A stretch of DNA of 42,835 nt from Anaerolineae bacterium. GTDB lineage: Bacteria; Chloroflexota; Anaerolineae; CG2-30-64-16. A program made the translations under genes and the position numbers. Shown piece by piece: positions 1-8,998 of the stretch. How positions within the stretch are numbered: the stretch's first letter is position 1; the number at the start of each line of letters is the position of its first letter. The notes beneath the pieces were generated by a model. The model saw only the letters and a list, made by a program, of their open reading frames with translations, made no database searches and was not told where the DNA came from. Location: contig JALOOB010000001.1 of the NCBI GenBank assembly GCA_025454635.1, positions 1 to 42,835 on the forward strand, read 5' to 3'.

Positions 1-466
1 CGTGCTCGTCGCACGACGTCCCGGCCCTGCCCACCGTAGTTCAATGGGTGGAAAGCGATCACTAACATATTGATATTACGATATTTCTAGCAGCTCTTTC
101 TGCATTTTCTCTGCAGTCGTACCCAAGTACCGCCAACTGGATAGCTAACTCGGCTGTCCTCTACTACACGTGATGGCTGAGTACTCCGTCCTTGTCGCGA
201 TGCCGCTTTCGCAGTGTCCACATCTCCAGCGGGGGATCAGACAATCCAACGGAGATTCCGACGGGAGGCGGCCGTTCGCAGGGGGCGCGCCTCGCGCCAG
301 CCGGGCGGGTTCACCGGGCGTGAGAGGGTTTCTGCACGGCGTGGCGGGAGTATCCCGGTCAGCCGGCACCACCGACGTGGCGAGCTTCAATGGCAAAGCC
401 ATGTCGCGGACGATCACGATCCGTAATGAGCCGCGTGGCGTGGCGGTCTACTTCGCCGCCGCGCCG

Positions 467-1156
467 CTACTTCTGCTCATCCTCATCGCGCACTTCCAGG
501 ACGTAGCCCACGCCGCGCACGGTGTGAATGAGCCGCGGCGCGAAGCTCTCATCGACCTTGGCGCGCAGGCGCCGAACGGCGACGTCGACCACGTTGGTCC
601 CGCTGTCGAAAGCCATGTCCCACACCTGCTCCGCGATGAACGTGCGCGCGAGCGGCTCTCCTTTGCGCCGCATGAGCAGGGACAGCAGGTTGAACTCTTG
701 CGCGGTCAACTCGATGCGCCTGCCCGCACGCACCGCCCGGCGCCGTACCACATCGAGCGTCAAGTCCGCTTCCGTCAGCAGCAGGGCGTTCGCCGGGATG
801 CCAGTCCGGCGCAAGAGGCTGCGCACGCGCGCGACCAGTTCCGCGAACGCGAAAGGCTTTGCGAGATAGTCGTCGGCGCCTAACTCCAACCCACGGACGC
901 GATTGTCCACCTCGCCCTGCGCGGTCAGCATGAGTACGGGCGTCGCGCGCTCCTTGCGCAGCGTCTCCAACACCGTCCACCCGCTCATCTGCGGCAGGTT
1001 CACGTCGAGAATGACCGCGTCGTACTCACCGGTAAGTGCCAGATGTAGGCCGTCTACGCCGGTATGCGCGGCATCGACGATGAAACCCGACTCCCGCAAC
1101 CCCTTGAGCAGGTATTTTGCGGTGCGCGGGTTGTCCTCGACCACCAGCAGTCGCAT
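467..1156 (-). CDS. OmpR/PhoB-family heavy-metal response regulator (CzcR/CopR/CusR-like); no kinase gene next to it
   Basis: 229-aa ORF with ATG at 1154-1156. It has a receiver domain ([12 protein letters not shown]...ILDVNLP) and a winged-helix output ([15 protein letters not shown]...VRGVGYVL). It is about 70% identical by eye to the regulator at 27240-27914. Confidence 0.9.
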   Translation of the reverse strand: MRLLVVEDNPRTAKYLLKGLRESGFIVDAAHTGVDGLHLALTGEYDAVILDVNLPQMSGWTVLETLRKERATPVLMLTAQGEVDNRVRGLELGADDYLAKPFAFAELVARVRSLLRRTGIPANALLLTEADLTLDVVRRRAVRAGRRIELTAQEFNLLSLLMRRKGEPLARTFIAEQVWDMAFDSGTNVVDVAVRRLRAKVDESFAPRLIHTVRGVGYVLEVRDEDEQK

Positions 1157-1198
1157 GCTTCTCCTCGAGAGCGTCCAGTGGTATGGCGGATCAGTACG

Positions 1199-2098
1199 CT
1201 AACGATGCAAGGCCGCGTCGGGGTCTGGCGGGTCGCAACGTCTGCGCTCCATTTGCACTGTGCTGTGGGTGATGCCGAACTTGCGCGAGATCGCCTCGCG
1301 TACGGCTTTGCCCACCTGATCGGCGTCCGCCGTCTCGTTCACGATCACGTGAACTGTCAGACTGTTCTTGTCGCTGCCCAATGCCCAGACGTGCAGTTCA
1401 TGCAATTCAGCGACGCCGTCCACCGACAAGATGGAGCGTTCCAGCTCGCCAAGGTCGAGGCCGTCGGGCACGCCCTCCAACAGCACGTTGACGGTCTGCC
1501 TGAACAGTGTCCAGGCGCGCGGAAGAACCCACAGTGCGATGAAGACCGCGATCACCGGATCCGCACGGGTCCAGCCAGTCAGCCACACCAGCAGGGCGCC
1601 CACGATCACTGCGACCGACCCCAGGGCATCGGCCCAGACCTCCAGGTAGGCTCCCTTGACGTTCAGGCTCTTCCCGGCGTCAGCTGCGAGGAGCCGCATG
1701 CCAATCAGGTTGACGGCGAGTCCGGCGCACGCCACGAGCAGCATGCCCCAGGAGTCGATCGGTAGCGGCGTCCTCCAGCGTTGCCATGCCTCGAAACCGA
1801 TGTACACCGCCACCACGAAGAGCATGGCAGCGTTCAAGGCGGCCCCGAGCACTTCGAAACGGTGGTAGCCGAACGTGCGCTTTCGGTCGGCGGCCAGGCG
1901 CGAGAGCCTGATCGCGGCGATCGCGATCGCCAGCGCGATCGCGTCGGTCGCCATATGGGCCGCGTCCGACAACAGTGCGAGGCTGTTGAAGATGATGCCG
2001 CCGGCGACCTCGGCTGCGAGGAACAGCGTCGTCAGCCCGAGCACCAGCCACATCCGCCCTTCGCTGGAGCCGCGTCCATGATCATGGTCGGCACTCAT
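1199..2098 (-). CDS. czcD: Cation diffusion facilitator, CzcD-type Zn/Co/Cd efflux protein
   Basis: 299-aa ORF with a His-rich N-terminus (MSADHDHGRGSS), a CDF core (FNSLALLSDAAHMATDAIAL, FGYHRFEVLGA) and a C-terminal cytoplasmic domain. Its ATG overlaps the upstream stop (ATGA at 2095-2098). Confidence 0.92.
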   Translation of the reverse strand: MSADHDHGRGSSEGRMWLVLGLTTLFLAAEVAGGIIFNSLALLSDAAHMATDAIALAIAIAAIRLSRLAADRKRTFGYHRFEVLGAALNAAMLFVVAVYIGFEAWQRWRTPLPIDSWGMLLVACAGLAVNLIGMRLLAADAGKSLNVKGAYLEVWADALGSVAVIVGALLVWLTGWTRADPVIAVFIALWVLPRAWTLFRQTVNVLLEGVPDGLDLGELERSILSVDGVAELHELHVWALGSDKNSLTVHVIVNETADADQVGKAVREAISRKFGITHSTVQMERRRCDPPDPDAALHR

Positions 2099-2487
2099 GG
2101 CAGCGCCACGACGGGAACCATCACGCCAAGCTCATGCAACTCTTCGATGACATAGATGGCGCCGAGCAAGCACACAAACCACACCACTTCAGCCATCGAC
2201 CGGCGGAAAAGCTGCGGATGGAAGGAGTACGACGGTTTGCGTGTCATGGCGTAGAGCCCCTCGGTGACCAGCACGGCGTTCTTCCTGCCACCGATGTTGA
2301 GGGCACACGAGAGCCTGCCAACCGTGGCCACGCCGACAAGGACTACACCCGCAACGAACAATGCGTGGCCGAACATCGAGCGTTCCCAGGCACTGGACGT
2401 GACGAGCATTGCAGTCAGGAACGTGCCGGCGAAGGCTCTGGACACCGCGATGCGATGGTTGGCGAAGAAGCGACCCAACGATGCCAC
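2095..2487 (-). CDS. Short ICMT/CzcN-like methyltransferase-family membrane protein
   Basis: 130-aa ORF with a GTG start. The motif GRLSCALNIGGRKNAVLVTEGLYAMTRKPSY resembles the isoprenylcysteine carboxyl methyltransferase-like family (CzcN/NccN-type) seen in czc clusters. It is shorter than typical members. It is translationally coupled to czcD. Confidence 0.5.
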   Translation of the reverse strand: MASLGRFFANHRIAVSRAFAGTFLTAMLVTSSAWERSMFGHALFVAGVVLVGVATVGRLSCALNIGGRKNAVLVTEGLYAMTRKPSYSFHPQLFRRSMAEVVWFVCLLGAIYVIEELHELGVMVPVVALP

Positions 2488-2509
2488 CTTGAGGATCTCC
2501 GGGCGCGCG

Positions 2510-2896
2510 TTACCGCAGCGGCGTGAACCGCCCCTGCAGCGGCTTCTGTCCGGGCAAGGAGACGTTTACGACAACGGCAAGCGACTTGTCCGCCTCGAAC
2601 CCGCCGTTACCCACGAGGCGATTGTCTCCGTCGGGCGCGAGCGCGATGTCGGTGGTCTTGCCCTTCGCGAGCACCGTCGCCTTGCCCGATGCCCCGGCGC
2701 TCGCGATCTTTGCATCCCTGGCATCGAAGAGGAACACGACGATCTGGCCGGGCTTCGCCACCACCTCGACGTGCTTGTCGCCGATGTCCCTCATCTGGCC
2801 GCCGTTCGGACCCTTGTGATCGCCCGGTCCGGCCAGCGTCGCGCCGGACAAGACCAGCGCCGCGGCGCCGAGGAAGCTGCACAGTACATGACGCAT
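2510..2896 (-). CDS. Periplasmic protein of unknown function with an N-terminal His/Gly tag
   Basis: The ORF track starts at a TTG at 2917. An internal ATG at 2896 is preceded by AGGAGA and gives the signal peptide MRHVLCSFLGAAALVLSGATLA followed by GPGDHKGPNGG. The rest is beta-rich (HVEVVAKPGQIVVFLFD...). Confidence 0.75.
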   Translation of the reverse strand: MRHVLCSFLGAAALVLSGATLAGPGDHKGPNGGQMRDIGDKHVEVVAKPGQIVVFLFDARDAKIASAGASGKATVLAKGKTTDIALAPDGDNRLVGNGGFEADKSLAVVVNVSLPGQKPLQGRFTPLR

Positions 2897-2934
2897 CGCT
2901 ACTCTCCTGGTTGGCAAATCGCATGGAAGGCCCG

Positions 2935-5900
2935 TCAGAACACCTCGGCCGGCTGGCCAGCCTTGTCGTCGGCTTCGTCAAGCAGCCGCTCCAGCGGCTT
3001 GGCGCCGAACAACAAGAACATCGCCGGCGTGACGAAGGTATCGAGCAAGGTCGCGCTGATGAGACCGCTGAAGATCACCACCGCCACCGGATGCAGGATC
3101 TCGGTGCCTGGCGCCTCCGCATCGAAGAGCAGCGGCGAGAGCGCAAGTGCCGCCACCAGCGCCGTCATCAGCACCGGATTCAGCCGTTCCAGCGAACCGC
3201 GCACGATCATCGGCACGCCGAACCGCTCGTGCTCGAAGCGGCAGAGGTTGATGTAGTGACTGACCTTCAGGATGCCGTTGCGTACGCTGATGCCGGCGAG
3301 CGTCACAAAGCCGATGATTGCGGCGAGCGACAGCGGCTGGCCGGACAGCCATAGCCCCACCACCGCGCCGACGAGCGCAAGCGGAATGTTGGCCATGATC
3401 ATCAAGGCCAGGACCGTCGACCGGTAGCGGCTGTAGAGCACGAGGAACACCAGCGCGAGCGAGGCGAGGGACAGCAGCCCCACCAGTCGTGCCGACTCCT
3501 CCTGCGCCTCGAACTGCCCGCCCAGCGTGACGAAGTAGCCCTCGGGCAAGCGGAACTCGGCGACCACGCTGCGGATGTCGGCCACCACGTCGGAAAGCGC
3601 CCGCCCCTGTGCGTTGGCCGAGATGACGATGCGCCGCTTCCCGTCGTCGCGGCTCACCTGGTTGGGGCCGTCGCTGTCTTCGATGGTGGCCAGGCGCGAC
3701 AGCGGCACGCGCCCCGCCGGCGTCTCGATCAGCACGTTGCGCAATCCCTCCACCGAGCGCGCCTGTTCGGGCAGGCGCAGCACCAGGTCGAAGCGCCGGT
3801 TGCCCTCGATCACCTGCGCCACGCGCGCGCCGTCCACCAGGGTCTGCAGTCCGGTAAGGATGTCCGACACCGGGACCCCGTAACGCGCGGCGGCCGCGTA
3901 GTCCACGCGCACGCGGATCTGCGGCGCCAGTACCTGCTTCTCGATTTCGAGGTCGGCGATCCCGGGAATGGCGGCGAGCCGCTCACGCAGGGCGGATGCC
4001 TGGCCGCGCAGCGTGTCCAGATCCTCGCCGAAGATCTTGATCGCGATCTGCGCGCGGACGCCCGAGAGCATGTGATCGATGCGGTGGGAGATCGGCTGGC
4101 CGATGTTGATCGCCGCCGGCAGCGGCGCGAGTCGCGTGCGAATGTCGGCGTAGATCGCGTCCAGCGACCGCTCGGAACGGCTGAGCTTGAGATCGAGCTC
4201 GGATACATGCACGCCTTCGGCATGCTCGTCCAGCTCCGCACGCCCGCTGCGCCGGCCGACGTGCTCCACCTCCGGCACGCCGGCAACCAGCTGCTCGGCC
4301 TGTCGCGCCACGCGCACCGACTCGGTCAGCGTGACGCCCGGGTTCAGGCGCAGACCGACCAGCACCGAGCCCTCGTTGAACGGCGGCAGGAAGGTCTTCG
4401 AGAAGAACGGCACCGCCGCGCCCGCGGCGGCGGCCGCAAGTGCTGCAGCGGCGACCGCCAGGCGCGGCCGCGCAAGCACGCCGCCGAGCAGCCCGGCGTA
4501 GCCGCGCTTCATCGCTTCCACCCAGCGCGGCTCGCCGTGCGCCGCATCCGCGATGTTCGGCAGCAGGTAGTAGCACAGCGCGGGCGTCACGGTCACCGAT
4601 ACCAGCATGCTCGCGAGCACCGAGACGATGTAGGCCGTGCCAAGCGGGATGAAGAGCCGCCCTTCGATGCCGGGGAGCACGAATAGCGGTACGAACACGA
4701 GCACGATGATCAGCGTCGCGTACACGATCGCCGAGCGCACTTCCAACGTCGCGCGCGCGATTACCAGCAGCGGCGCGAGCCGCGTGGTGCGGCGGCCGTT
4801 CTCGCGCAACCGGCGCAGCACGTTCTCCACGCCCACCACCGCATCATCCACGAGCTCGCCCACGGCGATCGCCAGCCCGCCGAGCGTCATGGTGTTGATC
4901 GACAGCCCGAAGTACCGGAACACCAGCGCGGTGACCAGGATCGACAGCGGGATCGCGGCCAGCGAAATGAGCGTGGTGCGGAAGTTCCCGAGGAAGAGGA
5001 AGAGCACCACGGCGACCACCGCCGCCCCGAGGGCGAGCTTGCCCTGCAGGTTCCCGATGGAGGCTTCGATGAAGGACGCCTGGCGGAAGGTCACCCGCGG
5101 CGCGGCCATGCCCTCGGGGAGCGACTTCGCGAGGGTCCCGAGCGCGGCCTCGATGTCGCGGGTCAGCCGTACGGTGTCGGCGTCGGGCTGCTTCTGCACG
5201 CCCAGGATGACGGCTGGCGCGCCGCCGAAGCCGGCGTCGCCGCGCTTGATGGCCGGGGCGAAGCGCACGTCGGCAATCTGCTCGAGCAGGATCGGTTGCC
5301 CGTTACGGCTGGTGAGCGCGACGCGCCGCAGGTCCTCCAGCCGCGCGGTACGCCCAAGATTGCGGATCAGGTACTCGCGGCTGTTGAGCTCGAGGAAGCC
5401 GCCGCTCGTGTTGGCCGAGAACGCGCGCAGCGCAAGCTCCACTTGGTCCAGCGTGATGCCGAGCGCCGCCATGCGCGCAGTGTCGGGCTGCACCTGGAAC
5501 TGGCGCACCTCGCCGCCGATGGGAATCACCTGGGACACGCCCGGAATGGTGAGGAGCCGCGGCCGCAGCACCCAGTCGGCGTACTCGCGCACGCGCATCG
5601 GATCGATCTTCGCGGCGTCGATCGGGATGGCTATGAGCATGATCTCGCCCATGATCGAGGACACCGGCCCCATGCGCGGCTGGACCGCGGCGGGGATCTG
5701 CTCTCGCACGATGCCCAGGCGCTCGGCCACGAGCTGGCGTGCGCGGTAGATGTCCACTGTCCAGTCGAACGTGACGTACACGAACGAGAGGCCTGCAGAG
5801 GACACCGAGCGTACCGTCACCACGCCCGGCAGCCCGGTCATCGCGGTCTCCAGCGGAAAGGTGATGAGGGTCTCCACCTCCTCCGGCGCCATCCCACCCG

Positions 5901-6057
5901 CCTCGGTCATCAGCGTAACCGTCGGCCGGTTTAAATCGGGGAACACGTCCACGGGCGTGCGCAGTGCCGTGAGCAGCCCGTAGAGCATCAGCACCACGGC
6001 GATGGCGAGCACCAGCAGGCGATTACGCAGGCTCGCGTTGACGATCCAGTTGAACAT
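2935..6057 (-). CDS. czcA: Heavy-metal efflux RND permease (CzcA/CusA superfamily, non-canonical TM4 signature)
   Basis: 1040-aa ORF with N-terminus MFNWIVNASLRNRLLVLAIAVVL and a 12-TM RND layout. The TM4 motif is GLAIAVGELVDDAVVGVEN. Confidence 0.95.
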   Translation of the reverse strand: MFNWIVNASLRNRLLVLAIAVVLMLYGLLTALRTPVDVFPDLNRPTVTLMTEAGGMAPEEVETLITFPLETAMTGLPGVVTVRSVSSAGLSFVYVTFDWTVDIYRARQLVAERLGIVREQIPAAVQPRMGPVSSIMGEIMLIAIPIDAAKIDPMRVREYADWVLRPRLLTIPGVSQVIPIGGEVRQFQVQPDTARMAALGITLDQVELALRAFSANTSGGFLELNSREYLIRNLGRTARLEDLRRVALTSRNGQPILLEQIADVRFAPAIKRGDAGFGGAPAVILGVQKQPDADTVRLTRDIEAALGTLAKSLPEGMAAPRVTFRQASFIEASIGNLQGKLALGAAVVAVVLFLFLGNFRTTLISLAAIPLSILVTALVFRYFGLSINTMTLGGLAIAVGELVDDAVVGVENVLRRLRENGRRTTRLAPLLVIARATLEVRSAIVYATLIIVLVFVPLFVLPGIEGRLFIPLGTAYIVSVLASMLVSVTVTPALCYYLLPNIADAAHGEPRWVEAMKRGYAGLLGGVLARPRLAVAAAALAAAAAGAAVPFFSKTFLPPFNEGSVLVGLRLNPGVTLTESVRVARQAEQLVAGVPEVEHVGRRSGRAELDEHAEGVHVSELDLKLSRSERSLDAIYADIRTRLAPLPAAINIGQPISHRIDHMLSGVRAQIAIKIFGEDLDTLRGQASALRERLAAIPGIADLEIEKQVLAPQIRVRVDYAAAARYGVPVSDILTGLQTLVDGARVAQVIEGNRRFDLVLRLPEQARSVEGLRNVLIETPAGRVPLSRLATIEDSDGPNQVSRDDGKRRIVISANAQGRALSDVVADIRSVVAEFRLPEGYFVTLGGQFEAQEESARLVGLLSLASLALVFLVLYSRYRSTVLALMIMANIPLALVGAVVGLWLSGQPLSLAAIIGFVTLAGISVRNGILKVSHYINLCRFEHERFGVPMIVRGSLERLNPVLMTALVAALALSPLLFDAEAPGTEILHPVAVVIFSGLISATLLDTFVTPAMFLLFGAKPLERLLDEADDKAGQPAEVF

Positions 6058-6065
6058 GGCGGCGC

Positions 6066-7166
6066 CTACCGAACCTGGTTGACCAGCGACGCACCCTGCG
6101 TCACCACACGTGCGCCGGGTTCCAGCCCGGCGAGCACGGCCACGTTCGCACCGTCGAGCTCCGCGTAGCGCACCACGCGCGGCACGAACCGCTCGGCGCC
6201 GGTGTGTTCCCAGACGATGGTCTCGTTGGCGGGGTTGCGCACCAGGGCGGCGGCCGGCACGGCGATACCCTCGACCGTTCGGCGCGACTGCACGATCACC
6301 TTCACCGGCTGCCCTACCGCCAGCGGCGCCTCCACACCGCCGGTGGTCCGGAACTGGAGCGGCAGCGCAAGATCGCGCAGGGTGCGCGCCGCGCCGATGA
6401 ATGCGAGCGGTACCGTGCGGCCGCTGCCCAGGTCAAGCGCCGCCGCGCCGATGTCGGCCGCCAGCGCCGGATCGAAGGTCACCGCCTCGATGCGCATGCG
6501 CGCCGGATCGACGATCTCGAACAGCACGTCGCCGGCGTTGACCACCTGTCCGGCGACGGCGTTCGCGGTCGAAATGACGCCATCGGCTGAAGCGACCAGC
6601 GTCTCGTCGGCGCGCAAGGATGCGCCGACCACCGCAGCCCGCTCCTGCAGACTCTTCGCGTCGGCACGCGCAACCTCGATGTCCCTTTGCGGCACGCTGC
6701 CCTCGAGGCTCTCGAGTCGGGCGAGTCGCTTGACCGCGAGGTCGCGCTGAGCGCTAAGTTCTGCGAGCTGAGCCGCCTGGTTGCCGCGTTCGATCTGTGA
6801 GGCCGAGGGGTGGACATACGCAAGCAGCTCGCCCTTGCGCACGCGCTGACCCAGACTGGGCAGGCCTCGGGGCCCGGGCTCTATGCGACCGGCGAGCATG
6901 GGCTGGACGCGTCCGCCGGCGTTCGGATCCAGGATGACGCGGCCGTTGAGCGTGATCGAGGTCGGCAGCTCGGCACGCGCGACCAGCGTGGTGCGCACGC
7001 CGAGCTGGCGCTGGGAGGGCTTGGGCAGGAACACGCTCCCGTCAGGGAGCCGCTGCGGACCGTTGGCACTGGGCGGGGCGGCATCGTCGCCGTGATCGTG
7101 TCCGGGCCCGGCGTACGCCGTGAACGCGACGAGCGCTGTGACCAGTATCGCGAGGGGAAGCTTCAT
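6066..7166 (-). CDS. czcB: RND periplasmic adaptor (membrane fusion protein, CzcB-like)
   Basis: The track ORF (548 aa from 7712) has an Arg/Gly-rich 182-codon extension that overlaps the gene at 7163-7669. The internal ATG at 7164-7166 gives the signal peptide MKLPLAILVTALVAFTAYA, a His tag GPGHDHGDD and an HlyD-type adaptor. It has an ATGA overlap with the upstream stop. Confidence 0.9.
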   Translation of the reverse strand: MKLPLAILVTALVAFTAYAGPGHDHGDDAAPPSANGPQRLPDGSVFLPKPSQRQLGVRTTLVARAELPTSITLNGRVILDPNAGGRVQPMLAGRIEPGPRGLPSLGQRVRKGELLAYVHPSASQIERGNQAAQLAELSAQRDLAVKRLARLESLEGSVPQRDIEVARADAKSLQERAAVVGASLRADETLVASADGVISTANAVAGQVVNAGDVLFEIVDPARMRIEAVTFDPALAADIGAAALDLGSGRTVPLAFIGAARTLRDLALPLQFRTTGGVEAPLAVGQPVKVIVQSRRTVEGIAVPAAALVRNPANETIVWEHTGAERFVPRVVRYAELDGANVAVLAGLEPGARVVTQGASLVNQVR

Positions 7167-7669
7167 TTGCGTCTCCGCAGGAGGAGCGCGGTGACGCCGA
7201 TCGCGCCGAGCAGTACAAGGAAATACGGCCAGCGTGCAAGCCACGCTGTGTCGGCATGCGCCGCGCCGATCGCGCCGCGCTCGGGCACCTCGAGCGTGCC
7301 CTCCAGCAGGTCCTGCTCGCCGGCCGCGACGATGGTGAACACCAGTGCGTGGCGGCCCGGCTTGGCCAGTGCATCCGCCTTCACGCGGAAGGTCCCGTCC
7401 GGGGCGGCCGTGGCGGCGGCCTTGAGCGCCTCCCCGCTCACCGCGATCTCGGCGGCGGTGATCGGTTCGTTGTCCGCGTACCGGTCCAGGTAGAGGACGA
7501 GCTCGGCAGCTTCCAGCACTCCGACTAGTTCGAAAAGATCCGAGTGCGTGCCGAAGCGCGGTGCGGCGACCCCGTTCGAGGCCGATTCCGCGGGGCCATG
7601 GTCGTGTCCCGGGCTGGCGATGCCGGCGAATGTGATGGTGAGCAGCAGCAAGGTCAGCACGAGACGCAT
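7163..7669 (-). CDS. Secreted, C-terminally membrane-anchored protein of unknown function inserted between the OMF and MFP genes
   Basis: About 168 aa. It has the signal peptide MRLVLTLLLLTITFAGIA, a His tag SPGHDHGP, a beta-rich core, and a C-terminal TM plus basic tail (WPYFLVLLGAIGVTALLLRRRK). Its start overlaps the OMF stop (TGATG) and its stop overlaps the MFP start. Confidence 0.75.
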   Translation of the reverse strand: MRLVLTLLLLTITFAGIASPGHDHGPAESASNGVAAPRFGTHSDLFELVGVLEAAELVLYLDRYADNEPITAAEIAVSGEALKAAATAAPDGTFRVKADALAKPGRHALVFTIVAAGEQDLLEGTLEVPERGAIGAAHADTAWLARWPYFLVLLGAIGVTALLLRRRK

Positions 7670-8895
7670 CACGGCAGCACTCCGTAAGCCTGGTTGAGCC
7701 TTGCCGCGGCAAGGCCTAGATCGAGACGTGCGGCTTCGGCGGCAAGGGCCGCCTCGCGCGCGATGGCACGCACCCGCAGCACGTCCACGACGCCGCGCTC
7801 GCCCAGCCGGAAAGCGCGCTCGATGAGCTCGAGGTTCTCGCGGGCCACCTCGAGTTGCGCCGCGGCGATGGCCTGCTGCGCGCGGGCACCCTCGAGCGCG
7901 GCCTGCGCACGTTGTAGATCGTTCTGCACCTGCTTGCGTACCGCGACCGCCGCCACCTGCGCCTCCGACAGTTCCGCGCTCGCCGCCGCGATGCGCGGTG
8001 CATTACGGACTTCGGTGTCCAGCGGGATGGCGATGCCGACGCGAACGGTGTTGCGGTAGTCGCCGCCGTACACGTCGCGGTCGAAGCGCGGGACGATGCC
8101 GACCGTCGGGTTGTCGCGGCGCACGGTCTGCACATAGTCCAGCCGGATGCGCGCCGCTTCGATGGCGCGCAGACTCGCGACGACGGTCGGATTGGCGTCG
8201 AGCGTCGGCGCGTCCGCGACCGCCTCCGGCACGTCCGCCGCGAGCGCGGCGGCGCCTACGAGCGTCGCGTAGGCGCCAAGGGTCGCGCGTTCGTCGGCGG
8301 CGGCTGCGGCGACCGCCGCGCGCGCGGCAAGCAGGTCCGCCTGGGCGAGCAAGAGGTCGGTGCGGGCGAGGTCGCCGGCGCGCACGCGACGCGCAACGTC
8401 GGTCTCGAGCGCTTCGGCGGTCATCCGCCGCGACTCGGCCAGCATCCGTACGCTGCGTGCGCGATGCGCGGCCCACAGCGATTCACGCACCTCCCCGGCG
8501 ACCTGCAGGCGGCTCGAGGTCGCGCGCGCGGCCAGCGCGGTCCGGTCGGTGTTGACGATCCGCCGCTGTGCGTCGCGCTGCCCGGGAAGCCACAAAGGCA
8601 TCGCGATGCTCGGCTCCCACTCGTTCTTGCCGCGCTCGGGGCCCTGCTGCATGCCGAATGGTTCCACCCACCGCGGCAGGTCTCGGCGAAGGTCGAGTCC
8701 GACCGTCGGAGAATCGGGAAACCACGCGTCGGTGACGCGCTCGCGCGCATCGAGCTCGTCGGCGCGTGCGGCCTGCGCATCGCCTTGGCGCGTGCGCGAC
8801 CACGCCTGCTCGAAGGCCTCGCGCAGGCTTGGCGGCTGGGCGTGCGCGGGCGTGCTCAGCGCGATGCCCAGCATCAGGATCAGTATCGTCTTCAT
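7669..8895 (-). CDS. czcC: Outer-membrane efflux factor, TolC/CzcC family
   Basis: 408-aa ORF with ATG at 8893-8895 and the signal peptide MKTILILMLGIALSTPAHA. It shows the two-repeat OMF coiled-coil pattern. Confidence 0.9.
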   Translation of the reverse strand: MKTILILMLGIALSTPAHAQPPSLREAFEQAWSRTRQGDAQAARADELDARERVTDAWFPDSPTVGLDLRRDLPRWVEPFGMQQGPERGKNEWEPSIAMPLWLPGQRDAQRRIVNTDRTALAARATSSRLQVAGEVRESLWAAHRARSVRMLAESRRMTAEALETDVARRVRAGDLARTDLLLAQADLLAARAAVAAAAADERATLGAYATLVGAAALAADVPEAVADAPTLDANPTVVASLRAIEAARIRLDYVQTVRRDNPTVGIVPRFDRDVYGGDYRNTVRVGIAIPLDTEVRNAPRIAAASAELSEAQVAAVAVRKQVQNDLQRAQAALEGARAQQAIAAAQLEVARENLELIERAFRLGERGVVDVLRVRAIAREAALAAEAARLDLGLAAARLNQAYGVLP

Positions 8896-8998
8896 GCCGT
8901 TCCAGCCACACGGGACCGAACGGCCGGGGGAAAGGGGTGAGGTAGCGCGTGGCGTGCGCCGCCTCGGTCGAATCAGAAAAGGAAGAGCCCCCGGCCGG

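Noticed and set aside
36-60. GTAGTTCAATGG, a string resembling a tRNA D-arm
   Set aside because: The flanking sequence cannot form an acceptor stem, anticodon arm or T-arm. It is only a 5-bp hairpin (CCACC/GGTGG), so it is neither a tRNA nor a convincing tRNA fragment.
7167-7712. N-terminal 182 codons of the 548-aa ORF track entry for the MFP gene
   Set aside because: The extension is Arg/Gly-rich and overlaps the well-formed gene at 7163-7669 in another frame. An internal ATG at 7166 gives a proper signal peptide and an ATGA coupling. The same logic was applied to 27915-28238, 9884-10111, 35608-35739, 38458-38520, 38946-39020 and 16682-16954.
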